A DNA stretch of 64,000 bases from the IMG/VR virus record IMGVR_UViG_3300005546_000004, positions 1 to 64,000 of that record; one strand, given 5' to 3'. This stretch comes from a virus. Positions 35,288 to 45,323 of the stretch are shown piece after piece; position 1 is the stretch's first letter; every line of letters begins with the position of its first letter. The position numbers and the translations under genes are program-made. The notes under the pieces are model-generated. The model did not search any database. It was not told where the DNA came from and worked only from the letters and a program-made list of their open reading frames with translations.

Positions 35288-36187
35288 GTGGTCAGCCAAC
35301 GCGACTGGACGACACCGCCTAAGTTCGAACCTCTCCAGTACCGGCTACTCGACGCCGTCGACGGACCGTACCCGTTTCCGGGGCACACCAAGCTCGGCGC
35401 GACATACACGGCCGATACGTGCACGTTCCCGCTCGAGACGTCGACGATCTGCGCCTCCGGCGTCGGCGCCGTCAAGACGACGACCGGCAGCATCCCCAGC
35501 CGCGCCACCGACCCGTTCGCGATCTACACGTGGCTCGACTGCCCGCTGATCGGCTCCAATCCCGACGAACTGATGGACCGCGTCCGGCAGGGACACGCCA
35601 ACAACGCGCCGACGGTCGTCGAGCGCATCTTCTGGACCGGCGGCGCCCTGCCGACGTCGCAGCACCTGGCCGAGGACGTCGCGATCACCGATGTCGTCGG
35701 CGGTTCGACGGTCACGCTGCAGACCGCCGCGATCCAGATCACCGGCACCTTCGACGTCGTTGAGGCGATCGGCTTGCTCGAGGAGGCCATGGCCGGCTGC
35801 TACGGCGGTACGCCGCTGATCCACGTACCGCGCCGGGCGACGGCGCACCTGGTCACCAACCACCTGATCAAGGAGAAGGGAAGCCGGCTCTACACCGTCG
35901 GCAACAACTCGGTCGTCGTACCGGCGCCCGGCTACGCCCGCACCGGACCGGACGGTACGACGCCCGCCGCGGGCCTGGCGTGGTTCTACGCGACCGGCTC
36001 GGTCAAGGCCTGGCGCACCGACGTGCAGATCTTCACTGGCCAACCGAGCCAGTACGTCGACCGCGCGATCAACGATCCCACGCTCATCGCGGAGCAGCGG
36101 TTCATGCTCGGCTGGGACTGCTGCCACTTCGCGATCCTCGTCAATCTAGGCGGCGTCATCACCGGCGCGGTCGGATCCGCAACGTAG
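35288..36187 (+). CDS. virion structural protein (head-tail joining region; possibly major tail or decoration protein)
   Basis: 299-aa ORF directly after the major capsid protein. Confidence 0.45.
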   Translation: MVSQRDWTTPPKFEPLQYRLLDAVDGPYPFPGHTKLGATYTADTCTFPLETSTICASGVGAVKTTTGSIPSRATDPFAIYTWLDCPLIGSNPDELMDRVRQGHANNAPTVVERIFWTGGALPTSQHLAEDVAITDVVGGSTVTLQTAAIQITGTFDVVEAIGLLEEAMAGCYGGTPLIHVPRRATAHLVTNHLIKEKGSRLYTVGNNSVVVPAPGYARTGPDGTTPAAGLAWFYATGSVKAWRTDVQIFTGQPSQYVDRAINDPTLIAEQRFMLGWDCCHFAILVNLGGVITGAVGSAT

Positions 36188-36196
36188 GAGATCACC

Positions 36197-36880
36197 ATGG
36201 TTGCTCAGTGCGGCGCCGCGGTCCAGGGTACCGTCCTGCGCGTGGTCAAGCTCGACACGTGCGGCGCCCCCGTCACCGGAGCCTCATCCGCCGTCGTGGT
36301 CACCGACGGCTACATTAGCGTCCAGTCCGAACCGCAGTACGAGGACGGCGACACGTTTCGCACCAAGAAGGCCAACGGCCAGCTGTGCATCAACAAGGTC
36401 GGCCCGAACGTCTACGGAAACTCGAACTTGACCGTCATGATGTGCGTCATGGACCCGGACGCCAGCACCCTCATCTCCGGCTCCCGGCTCATCACCACCG
36501 GTGCCGCGACCGGAACCGGCGCCGCGTACGGCTACAACAACTCGGCGGCGCACTTCTCGCTCGAAACGTGGCAGCCGATCTCCGGCCGGGGCGCGTGTGA
36601 CCCGGCGACCGGCCTGCAGCGCTACCTGTACTGGGCGTGGATGCACGCGTTCAACGCGAAGATCCAGTCGTTCACCATCGAGAACGGACCGCTCGAGTTT
36701 GGCTTCGAGGCCATGACCGACTACCCGTCGCCGCTGTGGGGCGACGGACCCGGCACCGGCACGTCGTGGCTGCCCGCGGTCATCGACACGACGACGTTCT
36801 TCGACGACTACCTGTGGAACATCACCACGACGCCGCCGCCGACCCCGCCGACCGTATGCGGCGCATTCCTGCTCACCTAG
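36197..36880 (+). CDS. virion structural protein (Thr/Gly/Pro-rich; candidate tail tube or connector protein)
   Basis: 227-aa ORF with RBS-proximal ATG; C-terminal TTTPPPTPPT tract. Confidence 0.45.
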   Translation: MVAQCGAAVQGTVLRVVKLDTCGAPVTGASSAVVVTDGYISVQSEPQYEDGDTFRTKKANGQLCINKVGPNVYGNSNLTVMMCVMDPDASTLISGSRLITTGAATGTGAAYGYNNSAAHFSLETWQPISGRGACDPATGLQRYLYWAWMHAFNAKIQSFTIENGPLEFGFEAMTDYPSPLWGDGPGTGTSWLPAVIDTTTFFDDYLWNITTTPPPTPPTVCGAFLLT

Positions 36881-36889
36881 GAGGTACAC

Positions 36890-37708
36890 GTGGTCGACGT
36901 CTACACGTTCGGCCCGTGCGCCCCGTGGGACCCGATCTGGCAGCAGGGCGACGACTGCAACGTGCTGCTGCTCACCGGCGCCGGCGCCGTCACCGGCACC
37001 GCGGTCGAGGTCGCGTCCGAGGTTCTCTACCACCTGACCGCGCAGCGCTTCGGCACCTGCGAGGTTAAACTGCGTCCCTGCCGCCAGTCCTGCTACGGCA
37101 ACTTTCCGTGGTGGTCCTGGTGGCAGTTCGGCACGTATCCGCAGCCCTACTGGTGGAACGGCACGTGGTACAACCTGGCCTGCAACCAGTGCCCGACCAA
37201 CTCGTGCTCGTGCGTCGCGCTGGACGAAACCGTACTGCCCGGACCGGTCTTCCAAATCGGCGAGGTCAAGCTCGACGGCACCGTCCTGGTCCAGAACGTC
37301 GACTACCGGATCGACGACTACCGCAAGCTCGTACGTCTCGGCGGAAACCTGTGGCCGTTCTGCCAGGACATGACGCTCGCCGACACGGAGGTCGGCACGT
37401 GGTCCGTCACCGCTAGGTACGGCGAACCCGTACCGGCGCTCGGACAGCTCGCCGTCGGCGAGCTCGCCGCCGAGTTCGTCAAGTACCTGCTCTGCCAGGA
37501 CTGCCAGCTGCCGCAGGGCGTCGTCGACATCAGCCGCCAAGGCATCTCGATGACCATCAACAACGTCGCCGAGCTGTTCAAGACCGGCTTCATCAACCTA
37601 CGCATTTGCGACCTGTTCATCAAGACCGCCAACCCGAACCACCTGCAGGCGCGCTCCGCGGTCTACGACCTAGACTCGCCGGAGTACCGGGCGTGGGGAA
37701 CGACGTGA
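36890..37708 (+). CDS. Cys/Trp-rich virion structural protein
   Basis: 272 aa; NFPWWSWWQFGTYPQPYWWNGTWY plus CNQCPTNSCSC cluster. Confidence 0.45.
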   Translation: MVDVYTFGPCAPWDPIWQQGDDCNVLLLTGAGAVTGTAVEVASEVLYHLTAQRFGTCEVKLRPCRQSCYGNFPWWSWWQFGTYPQPYWWNGTWYNLACNQCPTNSCSCVALDETVLPGPVFQIGEVKLDGTVLVQNVDYRIDDYRKLVRLGGNLWPFCQDMTLADTEVGTWSVTARYGEPVPALGQLAVGELAAEFVKYLLCQDCQLPQGVVDISRQGISMTINNVAELFKTGFINLRICDLFIKTANPNHLQARSAVYDLDSPEYRAWGTT

Positions 37709-38241
37709 CCGTCGACGCGCTGACCGCCGCGGTCGTCGTCACCGGCGTCGGCCTGTGCATCACCAACGCGCTCGCCGACGAACCGACGTCCGGCGGCGTA
37801 CCGAAGCGCGTCTGCCTGCTCGTACCGGGCAACATTGCGTGGGACGCCTGCGACTGCGACGGCCAGCTCGCGCTGACGATCCAGCGCATCTACCCGACAC
37901 GAACGTTCCCCACCGACGCCTCCAACGAGCAGCTCACCGGCGGCTGCCTCGGCCGACCGCTCGCCGTCCAGGCGCTCGCGTCGCTGGTCAGGTGCGTACC
38001 GTCGCTCAGGGCCGGCAGCACCAGCGGCGTCGTCATACCGTCGTGCGACGCGCTGTACGACGCCGCGCTGCGTCAGCAGGGCGACGCGTTCGCGCTGCGC
38101 CGCGGCGTCGAGTGCTGCCTCGACGACATGAAGCGCTACCAAAGATTGATCTTTGACTTCCGCGTCGGCGGCACCAGCTTCGTCGGGCCCGAGGGCGGCT
38201 GCGGCGGCGTCGAGCTGCCGTTCACGTTCCAGTTGCTATAG
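37690..38241 (+). CDS. Cys-rich virion structural protein
   Basis: Probable GTG start overlapping the upstream gene; 12 Cys in about 180 aa. Confidence 0.4.
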   Translation, partial: GVGNDVTVDALTAAVVVTGVGLCITNALADEPTSGGVPKRVCLLVPGNIAWDACDCDGQLALTIQRIYPTRTFPTDASNEQLTGGCLGRPLAVQALASLVRCVPSLRAGSTSGVVIPSCDALYDAALRQQGDAFALRRGVECCLDDMKRYQRLIFDFRVGGTSFVGPEGGCGGVELPFTFQLL

Positions 38242-38251
38242 GAGGCCGACC

Positions 38252-38728
38252 GTGTCTCGTAACCGGAACGTCGACGTCCACGTCACGAACGTCTTCAACC
38301 ACGCCAAGCTGCAGTTCATCATGCGCAGCCCGGCCGGTCCGATCGCCAAGGACCTGCTGAAGCGCGCTGCCCGCGTCGAATCCCGCGCCAAGCGCAACCT
38401 GTCCGGTATCACCGGCTCCGGTCCGCGCCGGATCGATACCGGACTGCTGCGCAACAGCATCACCAGCCAGCTCTTCGTCATCCCCGAGGGATTTCTCGCG
38501 CGTATCGGCACCAACGTCTTCTACGCGCGCTACGTCCACGACGGCACGGGCCTATACGGCCCGAAGCACGCGCTGATCTACCCCCAGACCGCTAAGGTCC
38601 TCGTATTCCGGTCGAAGATCTACGGCGCGAAGCGCGGCCGCTTCCGCGGCAAGGTCGTCGCCCGCTACGTCCGCGGCATGCGGCCGAACCCGTTCCTCAA
38701 GGACGCGCTGCCGACGTTCCGCACCTAG
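38252..38728 (+). CDS. HK97 gp10-like tail-component protein (tail completion / terminator family)
   Basis: GTG after GGAGG. C-terminal FYARYVHDGTG resembles the gp10 family YAxYVExGT motif. Confidence 0.5.
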   Translation: MSRNRNVDVHVTNVFNHAKLQFIMRSPAGPIAKDLLKRAARVESRAKRNLSGITGSGPRRIDTGLLRNSITSQLFVIPEGFLARIGTNVFYARYVHDGTGLYGPKHALIYPQTAKVLVFRSKIYGAKRGRFRGKVVARYVRGMRPNPFLKDALPTFRT

Positions 38729-38799
38729 GATTCGATCCCCGCACAGGACCGCGGAAAACCGTAGTACCGTCGGCACCAGGCCAACGACGGGAGAACTCC

Positions 38800-39219
38800 G
38801 TGACGGAGCAGCAGGCACGATTTCGCGACTTCACGCGTAGGCGGTCGCCGATCTACTTCACTGTCGGCGACGACCGATTCGACTGCGTCAAGGCGCTGTC
38901 GCCCGTCAAGCTGCAGGAGTTCGTCAACGCGTCGCGCGGCGGCGCAACCGACGAAACCAACGCGATCGACCGCGTCGTCAACGCGATGCGGTTCATCGTC
39001 ATCAATGACCAGTTCCCGCGCTTTCTTGAACTGCTGAGCGACGACGACGATCCCCTGGACATCGAGCAGCTGATGGAGATCATGTCCTGGGCGGTGGAGA
39101 CGTACGGGGTCCGCCCTACCGAAGCGTCGTCGAACTCGTCGACAATGTCGGCGAACGACGACGCTGGCACCTCTTCGACGGCTGGTGTGCCGGCCGCGGA
39201 GTCGATCCCCTCGCCCTAG
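38800..39219 (+). CDS. Tail assembly chaperone (gpG-like)
   Basis: Acidic 139-aa protein immediately upstream of the tape measure. The -1 frame stays open from 39030 to 39475, which is the G/T arrangement. Confidence 0.7.
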   Translation: MTEQQARFRDFTRRRSPIYFTVGDDRFDCVKALSPVKLQEFVNASRGGATDETNAIDRVVNAMRFIVINDQFPRFLELLSDDDDPLDIEQLMEIMSWAVETYGVRPTEASSNSSTMSANDDAGTSSTAGVPAAESIPSP

Positions 39220-39475
39220 AAACGCCGAGGTTCCTCGACCTCGTTCACCACTGGTTAACATACGAGTTCATTACCTACGAGAGCGGCGACGACCGGTACG
39301 TCAACCGGCGACGTCAGCTCGACGAACGATTCATCGGTTACCTCGAGTTCGCCGAGGGCCAACCGGCCGAACCGGCCGTGCGCGGCATACCGCGACCGGC
39401 GTGGTTCCGCGGCAGAACGACGCTCGGCGACGTCGAGCTCGCGGTAGGAAGCATGCGCGGAAGGTGACCACTTGA
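38800..39475 (+). CDS. Tail assembly chaperone G-T fusion produced by programmed -1 frameshift
   Basis: The -1 frame (frame 0) overlapping the 3' end of G encodes ...ALETPRFLDLVHHWLTYEFITYESGDDRYVNRRRQLDERFIGYLEF... and ends at TGA 39473-39475, 3 nt into the tape measure start. The exact slip site was not identified. Confidence 0.5.
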
Positions 39476-41721
39476 CCGAACCGATCGACATCGCGTTCGT
39501 CGAGGTCGTCGTCCGCGACCAGGACCTCGAGAGGCTGCCCAAGGACGTCGACAAGGCCGCCCGCAGGGCCGAGCGCAACTTCGAGCAGGAGTTCACCGAT
39601 AAGATCGACAAGCACTTCGGCTCGACGATGAAGAAGATGGAGAGGGACGTCGATCACTTCGTCGACGCGGGCAGGAAGGACTTCGAGCGGCTCGACAACG
39701 CGACGCATACGTCGTTTACGCACATCGAACGCGACTTCGACCGGACGACGCGCGGCATGCGCCGCCGCGTAGGCGAGCTCGTCGACGACTTCGAGCACCT
39801 CGGCGACAACGTCGACAACCGGTTTGGCGCGCGCCTGCGGCGCGGCCTAAGCCAGATCTCAACCAGCTTCGGCGCCGTGGTCCAGAACGTTGGACAGCTG
39901 CTCGGAACCCTCGGCGGCGGACTTGCTAAGAACCCATTCGCCGCGCTGATCGTCGCGCTGATACCGCCGATCATCGCGCTGTCCGGCGTCATCGCGCAGC
40001 TCATCGGCCTGGTCGGCCTGCTGCCGTCCGGCTTGGTCGTCCTCGCCGCGACGATCGCGCCGCTGGTCATCGCCTTCCACAACTTCGGCGACGCCGTCAG
40101 CGCGCTCGCCAGCGGCGATCTGGAAAAGATCAACGAGGCGCTGAAGAAGCTCGCGCCATCCGCGCGTGTCGTCGCCCGCGAGGTTGCCAACCTACTCGAA
40201 CCGCTGCGGGCGCTGCAGCGCGCCGTCCAGGAGGCCTTCTTCGCGCCGCTGATCGGCGGATTCGCGCAGCTGAACAATACCCTCGTTCCGGCGCTGTCGA
40301 TCGGGCTCAGCCGCGTCGCCGGCCAGCTCGGCGTCGTCCTGCGCCGGATCCTGGACTTCCTGGCCCTGCCTGAGCAGGTCGCGTTCTTCGACAAGCTGTT
40401 CGGCGCCGTCGAGCGGCTCGTCGCCCGGTTCGGGCCCAATCTGATCTCGTTCTTCGAGGGCTTCCTCAACGTCGCCGGCGCCGCGCTGCCGATCTTCGAG
40501 CGGCTCAGCAACGTCATGGTCGACGCGCTCGGCCGGTTCGGGCAGTTCATGACCGAGCAGGCCGCGAACGGCGGCCTCAACGACTTCATTGAGAACGCGG
40601 TCACCGCGGCGAAGGAGCTCGGCCACCTCCTCGGCGCACTAGTGCACCTGTTTCACACGCTGTTCGAGGGAACGCGCCAGTCGGGGCACGACCTCCTGAA
40701 CACGCTAACCGACATAATCGAGCGACTGGACGAGTTCCTACAGACGCCCGCCGGCCAGGACGCGCTCAAGGAACTCGTCATAGTGATCAAGGCCTTCGGC
40801 TTTATACTCGGCACAACGGTCGATCTGCTCATCTTCTCGCAGCAGATCTTCACCAACTTCCTGCGGGCGCTGGAAAAGATCGGACGCGGCGCCAAGGCGA
40901 CCGTCGGGTTCATCGGCGACGTCGTGCCGAAGGCGTTCGGTCAGATCATTGACTTCATCGACGGGATTCCCGCGCTACTCGGCACCACGCTGCGGAACGC
41001 GTTCGACTCGGCACTCGTGCAGTTCGGCATTGCTATCGGCCTCATTCTCTTCGAGGTTAAAAACCTACCCGACCTGATCGTCGGCTTCATCGCCTCGATC
41101 CCGCAGCGCATCACGAACGCCCTCGGCGGCGTCGGACCGTCCGTCGGCGGCATCTTCAGAGACATGGTCACCAACGCCCGGGACTTCGTCGTCAACGGCT
41201 TCAACGACCTGGTCGCGTTCATCGAGTCGGTGCCCGACCGGATCAAGGCCCTCGGACCGTTGCTACTAGACGCCGGACGTCACATCATCGAGGCGTTTAT
41301 GAACGGCCTACGCCGCGTCGGCAGCTTCATCGGCGACGTCGCGGGTGACATCTTCGGCGCCGTCAGGGGCTTCCTCAACAAGGCGATCGATAAGATAAAC
41401 GTCGGCATCGCGAAGATCGACGAGATCCTGCCGGGGGATCTGCCGCGCATTCCGCGACTCGCCGAGGGTGCCCTCGTCAAGCACCGACCCGGCGGCACGC
41501 TGGTCGTTGCCGGTGAGGGAAACGAGGACGAGGTCGTCGCTCCGCTGTCTAAGCTCGAACAGGGTGCGTCGATAACCTTCGGCCCGGGTTCGATCAACGT
41601 CAACTTCTCCGGCGCCGTACCGACGACGCAGGAGGCCGCCGACGTTGGCCGCGCCGTCGGTACCGGAATCATCAGCATTCTCACGCGACGTAACATCCGC
41701 GCGCAGGTTAGGTCGATCTAG
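39472..41721 (+). CDS. Tape measure protein
   Basis: 749 aa, alpha-helical, with hydrophobic central segment (LIVALIPPIIALSGVIAQLIGLVGLLPSGLVVLAATIAPLVIAF). Follows G/T. Confidence 0.85.
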   Translation: MTEPIDIAFVEVVVRDQDLERLPKDVDKAARRAERNFEQEFTDKIDKHFGSTMKKMERDVDHFVDAGRKDFERLDNATHTSFTHIERDFDRTTRGMRRRVGELVDDFEHLGDNVDNRFGARLRRGLSQISTSFGAVVQNVGQLLGTLGGGLAKNPFAALIVALIPPIIALSGVIAQLIGLVGLLPSGLVVLAATIAPLVIAFHNFGDAVSALASGDLEKINEALKKLAPSARVVAREVANLLEPLRALQRAVQEAFFAPLIGGFAQLNNTLVPALSIGLSRVAGQLGVVLRRILDFLALPEQVAFFDKLFGAVERLVARFGPNLISFFEGFLNVAGAALPIFERLSNVMVDALGRFGQFMTEQAANGGLNDFIENAVTAAKELGHLLGALVHLFHTLFEGTRQSGHDLLNTLTDIIERLDEFLQTPAGQDALKELVIVIKAFGFILGTTVDLLIFSQQIFTNFLRALEKIGRGAKATVGFIGDVVPKAFGQIIDFIDGIPALLGTTLRNAFDSALVQFGIAIGLILFEVKNLPDLIVGFIASIPQRITNALGGVGPSVGGIFRDMVTNARDFVVNGFNDLVAFIESVPDRIKALGPLLLDAGRHIIEAFMNGLRRVGSFIGDVAGDIFGAVRGFLNKAIDKINVGIAKIDEILPGDLPRIPRLAEGALVKHRPGGTLVVAGEGNEDEVVAPLSKLEQGASITFGPGSINVNFSGAVPTTQEAADVGRAVGTGIISILTRRNIRAQVRSI

Positions 41722-41723
41722 GC

Positions 41724-44204
41724 ATGGGAAACTACAATCCACACGCGCCGTACATCCTCGGCCAGGAATGGGTGCCGATCCGCGACGCGCGCTACACACC
41801 GGACGACGTCGTCGAGCGCGGCTACACGTGGTACAACAACAACACGGTTATTCCCGCGTCCGGTGCCTACTACGTCGCCGAAAATCCAACGACGCGCGCT
41901 AGCCAGGCCTGCGATCTGATGGCGGTCTACCCGGCGGGCACCGAGGATCAGACCGGACCGATCAAGGTACTACACATTCCCGTCTCATCGATCTCTGCGA
42001 CCGGCAACACGGATACGGCGGCCACGTTTACCGCGCTCAACAACGTCAGCGACGACAAGAGCCTCAAGTTTACCGTACCGGGCTCGGGTCAGATCGCACT
42101 CAGCTTCGATACAGTGGGATACTCGCAGCAGCTGTTCGGAAAACGCATCCTCGACGTACGACTTCGCTACTCCCTGGCCGGAACAACGCAGACCGATCTA
42201 GCCGGTATGAACTTCTACCTCGGCTTCGCCAAGGACCTGGCGACGAACGTCCTCTACCTGGTCGGCGCCGACGGAACGATAACCGGAACGCAGAATAAGA
42301 TCTCAACGCTGTCATTTACCGACCTCAACCCGTTCTGGGACGCGACGGCGAACGTCAACCTGCAACGCGACATCTACCCGTGGCGCTACCCCGAGCTCAA
42401 CCGGTTCGCATTCACTGAACCGCCAGCCAGCCGCATGGTCGTCCTAATGCAGGCGCCGGCGCTGCCGACGACCAGCGGCAGCATATTCTTCTACTTCGCC
42501 GACCTCGAGGTCGTCTACTGCGAGGAGCAGCGCGTCCGCTACGGCGGCCGGCGAACCTGCAACATGAACGTCGGCACCTGCTCCAACGACACATACGACC
42601 TCGGCGCGCAGTTCGTCCGACTGGTCGATACCAACTTCGCCAGCGGCACGTCGCTCGCGCCCGGCCGCTACACGACCACCGTCGTGCACAACGAGCTGGG
42701 CATCAACATCGGCATCGAGGGTGCGCCGAAGCTCAGCGCGCTGCGCGAGCTCTACCAGCTGCAGCACCAGCAGGGGATCCGCGTCGACCAGTCGCTGATC
42801 GAGGACGACACGTTCGTCGTCGAAGCCGACGACGTGCTGGCGCACCTGACGCTGCATACCGCGGCCGGCATCGTTACCGGCTCACACGCGTACGGCACCC
42901 AGGACGAGATCCCGATCTACGGAGCCACCACCGCCATCCAGGAGATCGAGGACGACCCGGTTCCGGCCGCGGCGCTGTTCCCGCAGGTTCGGTTCTACGC
43001 CCGCCGGTTCGGCGACACGACGGTTGCCCTGCGGTTGATCGACGTAGCAACCGGCCTGTCGACGGCGTCCATTTCGGTGGCGGACTTCGACGCGCTGCCG
43101 GAGATCGTCGACGGCTGGAAGGAAGTGACGCTGCGCCTGTCCGCGGCGCCGTCGTTCGCGGCCACCGGCGGCGACATCGACTGGCGCTGGGATGCCGTCG
43201 GCGAAACCGCCGGCAACCAGTGGCAGGTACTCGGCGCCGACGGGCCGTCCGCGGCCGGCACACAGGCCACTGGCGTCGCGACGTACTACGCGCCGCAGGG
43301 TGACACAGTCACGCTCACTTGGCAGTCGCCGCCAATCTCCGGAACCGCCAACGACACGCTCTCCGACGCCGTCCTGATCTTCTCGCAGGATCCACTGCCC
43401 GTCTCCGGGTTCGCGATCAGCCTCGCGTCGCAAGTCGTCACCGGCATCGGCCTCGACTGCGGAACCCCGCCGGGCTGCATCCCGACCGGAATCGGCTACG
43501 TCAACCTGACCTGGACGGCGCAGGTGCCGCTGCCGGTCACCGGCTTCGGAGCCTACGAGCTCGAAAGGCTCGATGCGACGACCGGCACGTGGCAGCAGAT
43601 TATGAACGCGACGACGCCGTCGGTCACCGGATTCGCCGACTTCGAGGCCCGCGTCGGCCAGACGTCCTGGTACCGAATCCGGACGTGTAACGTCCTCGAC
43701 TTCTGCGGACCGTGGGTCACCGGCTCCGCGACGCCGACGGCGCCCGGCGTCGCCATCCTAGGAGGTGACGGAAATTCGGTGCTGATCTTTACGTCGAATA
43801 AGTCACCCGGCGGCAACCTCGCCTACGTCATGCAGTGGGAGGGTGAACCGATCGAAACGTTCATCTTCCCCGAGGCGTCGGCAGTTCAGCTGCGGGAGCT
43901 CTACGGCAAGGACTTCTTCACCGCGTTCCACCCGCTTGAGCGCGGCGGCGAACAGTTTGCTCGATCGATATTAGTCAACGCCGCGGCGGTGACGCCGCCA
44001 TCGCTGGCGAACTTTAAGCGCCTACGCGACCTCGGCTGGGCAAGTCTACCCTACGTGTGCGTTCGCGACGAGCTCGGCAACCGCTGGTACGCCAACGTCC
44101 GCGTACCCGACGGCACCGTCCGCATGAACCGGACCGTCTACGTCGCGCAGATCCAGGTCGCCGAGGTAACGTCGACGCCGTTCCCCGTTGATCCGGGGGT
44201 GTAG
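41724..44204 (+). CDS. Minor tail protein (large; contains fibronectin-III-like segment)
   Basis: 826 aa immediately after the tape measure; Fn3-like TGFGAYELERLDATTGTWQQIMNATTPSVTGFADFEARVGQTSWYRIRTCN. Confidence 0.7.
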   Translation: MGNYNPHAPYILGQEWVPIRDARYTPDDVVERGYTWYNNNTVIPASGAYYVAENPTTRASQACDLMAVYPAGTEDQTGPIKVLHIPVSSISATGNTDTAATFTALNNVSDDKSLKFTVPGSGQIALSFDTVGYSQQLFGKRILDVRLRYSLAGTTQTDLAGMNFYLGFAKDLATNVLYLVGADGTITGTQNKISTLSFTDLNPFWDATANVNLQRDIYPWRYPELNRFAFTEPPASRMVVLMQAPALPTTSGSIFFYFADLEVVYCEEQRVRYGGRRTCNMNVGTCSNDTYDLGAQFVRLVDTNFASGTSLAPGRYTTTVVHNELGINIGIEGAPKLSALRELYQLQHQQGIRVDQSLIEDDTFVVEADDVLAHLTLHTAAGIVTGSHAYGTQDEIPIYGATTAIQEIEDDPVPAAALFPQVRFYARRFGDTTVALRLIDVATGLSTASISVADFDALPEIVDGWKEVTLRLSAAPSFAATGGDIDWRWDAVGETAGNQWQVLGADGPSAAGTQATGVATYYAPQGDTVTLTWQSPPISGTANDTLSDAVLIFSQDPLPVSGFAISLASQVVTGIGLDCGTPPGCIPTGIGYVNLTWTAQVPLPVTGFGAYELERLDATTGTWQQIMNATTPSVTGFADFEARVGQTSWYRIRTCNVLDFCGPWVTGSATPTAPGVAILGGDGNSVLIFTSNKSPGGNLAYVMQWEGEPIETFIFPEASAVQLRELYGKDFFTAFHPLERGGEQFARSILVNAAAVTPPSLANFKRLRDLGWASLPYVCVRDELGNRWYANVRVPDGTVRMNRTVYVAQIQVAEVTSTPFPVDPGV

Positions 44205-44210
44205 ATCGAG

Positions 44211-45323
44211 ATGCCCAGCAGCTTCGCGCGAACGTTCACGACGCAGGTTCCCGTTCCGGTACTCGACTTGGATGATTCGATCGGCCAGCGCCGGGCGACG
44301 TTCCGCTTTGACCTGGTCGACACGATCACCGGCTACCGGACGCCGATCTATCCGCGTCGCGACACGGTACCGACGCTGACGCACAACACGAGCCGCAGCA
44401 TCGTTAGGCAGCTGACTGGGCTCAACTTCGACGTCGACGACACGTCCCTGCTCGACGTCATCACGAGCCGCGTCGAACCGTTCATGGTCGTCGACGGCGA
44501 CGCGGCGTACCCGACCGGACGGCCGCTCGGCCGCTACATGTTCAATAGCAAGCTCGACTTCGAGTTCACGTCCGGTACGATCTCCACCACGATGCTGTAC
44601 GACGAGGGCTTCGATGTCGATCAGCAGCTCGACGTCAGCTTCGGCGCCCAGTCTACCGTCGGCATCGCGGCGCGCTGTCAGACGTTGCTTCTCAAGCTGC
44701 TCGACCCACTGCCGATTGAGGTTGAGATCGAGACGTCGCCGTACACGGCGACCACCGCCGGCTGGCGCGCCGGAACGTCGCGCGGCTTTGTCGTTCAGCA
44801 ACTCGCGCTGGACGGCGACTGGTTCTCACCGTGGTTCGGCAACGACGGTAAGATGCACTTCATCCGCGCGTTCGACCCGGCGACGGCACTCGTCACGTTC
44901 GACCTCGACGCCGGAAACCGCGTTATCCGCAACAAGGTCGTCCGAACCAGCGACCTAATCGAGGCCCCCAACCGGTTCATCGTCATCTCCAACTCGGCGA
45001 ACGCCGTCGCCGACGACATCACCGGATCGTACGACGTACCATCGTCGGCGCCGCACTCGATCCAAAACCGCGGCTTCGTCATACCTAAGATCGAGGACCG
45101 GCAGGTCGACGACGCCGCCCAGGCCAAGGCCGTCGCCCGCAACCTAGGACTCCGCCAGACGATCGTCGAGCAGCTGGAGATCTCGACGCCGCCGGATCCG
45201 CGCCACGACTCGTACGACGTCCTACGCTGGCGTGGCGACAACTGGCTCGAGATCGCGTGGTCGCTGCCGCTGGTCGAGGGTTCCGAGATGCAGCACACGG
45301 CGCGTAAGGCGTACGAACTGTGA
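44211..45323 (+). CDS. Minor tail protein
   Basis: 370 aa, tail-tip region. Confidence 0.6.
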   Translation: MPSSFARTFTTQVPVPVLDLDDSIGQRRATFRFDLVDTITGYRTPIYPRRDTVPTLTHNTSRSIVRQLTGLNFDVDDTSLLDVITSRVEPFMVVDGDAAYPTGRPLGRYMFNSKLDFEFTSGTISTTMLYDEGFDVDQQLDVSFGAQSTVGIAARCQTLLLKLLDPLPIEVEIETSPYTATTAGWRAGTSRGFVVQQLALDGDWFSPWFGNDGKMHFIRAFDPATALVTFDLDAGNRVIRNKVVRTSDLIEAPNRFIVISNSANAVADDITGSYDVPSSAPHSIQNRGFVIPKIEDRQVDDAAQAKAVARNLGLRQTIVEQLEISTPPDPRHDSYDVLRWRGDNWLEIAWSLPLVEGSEMQHTARKAYEL

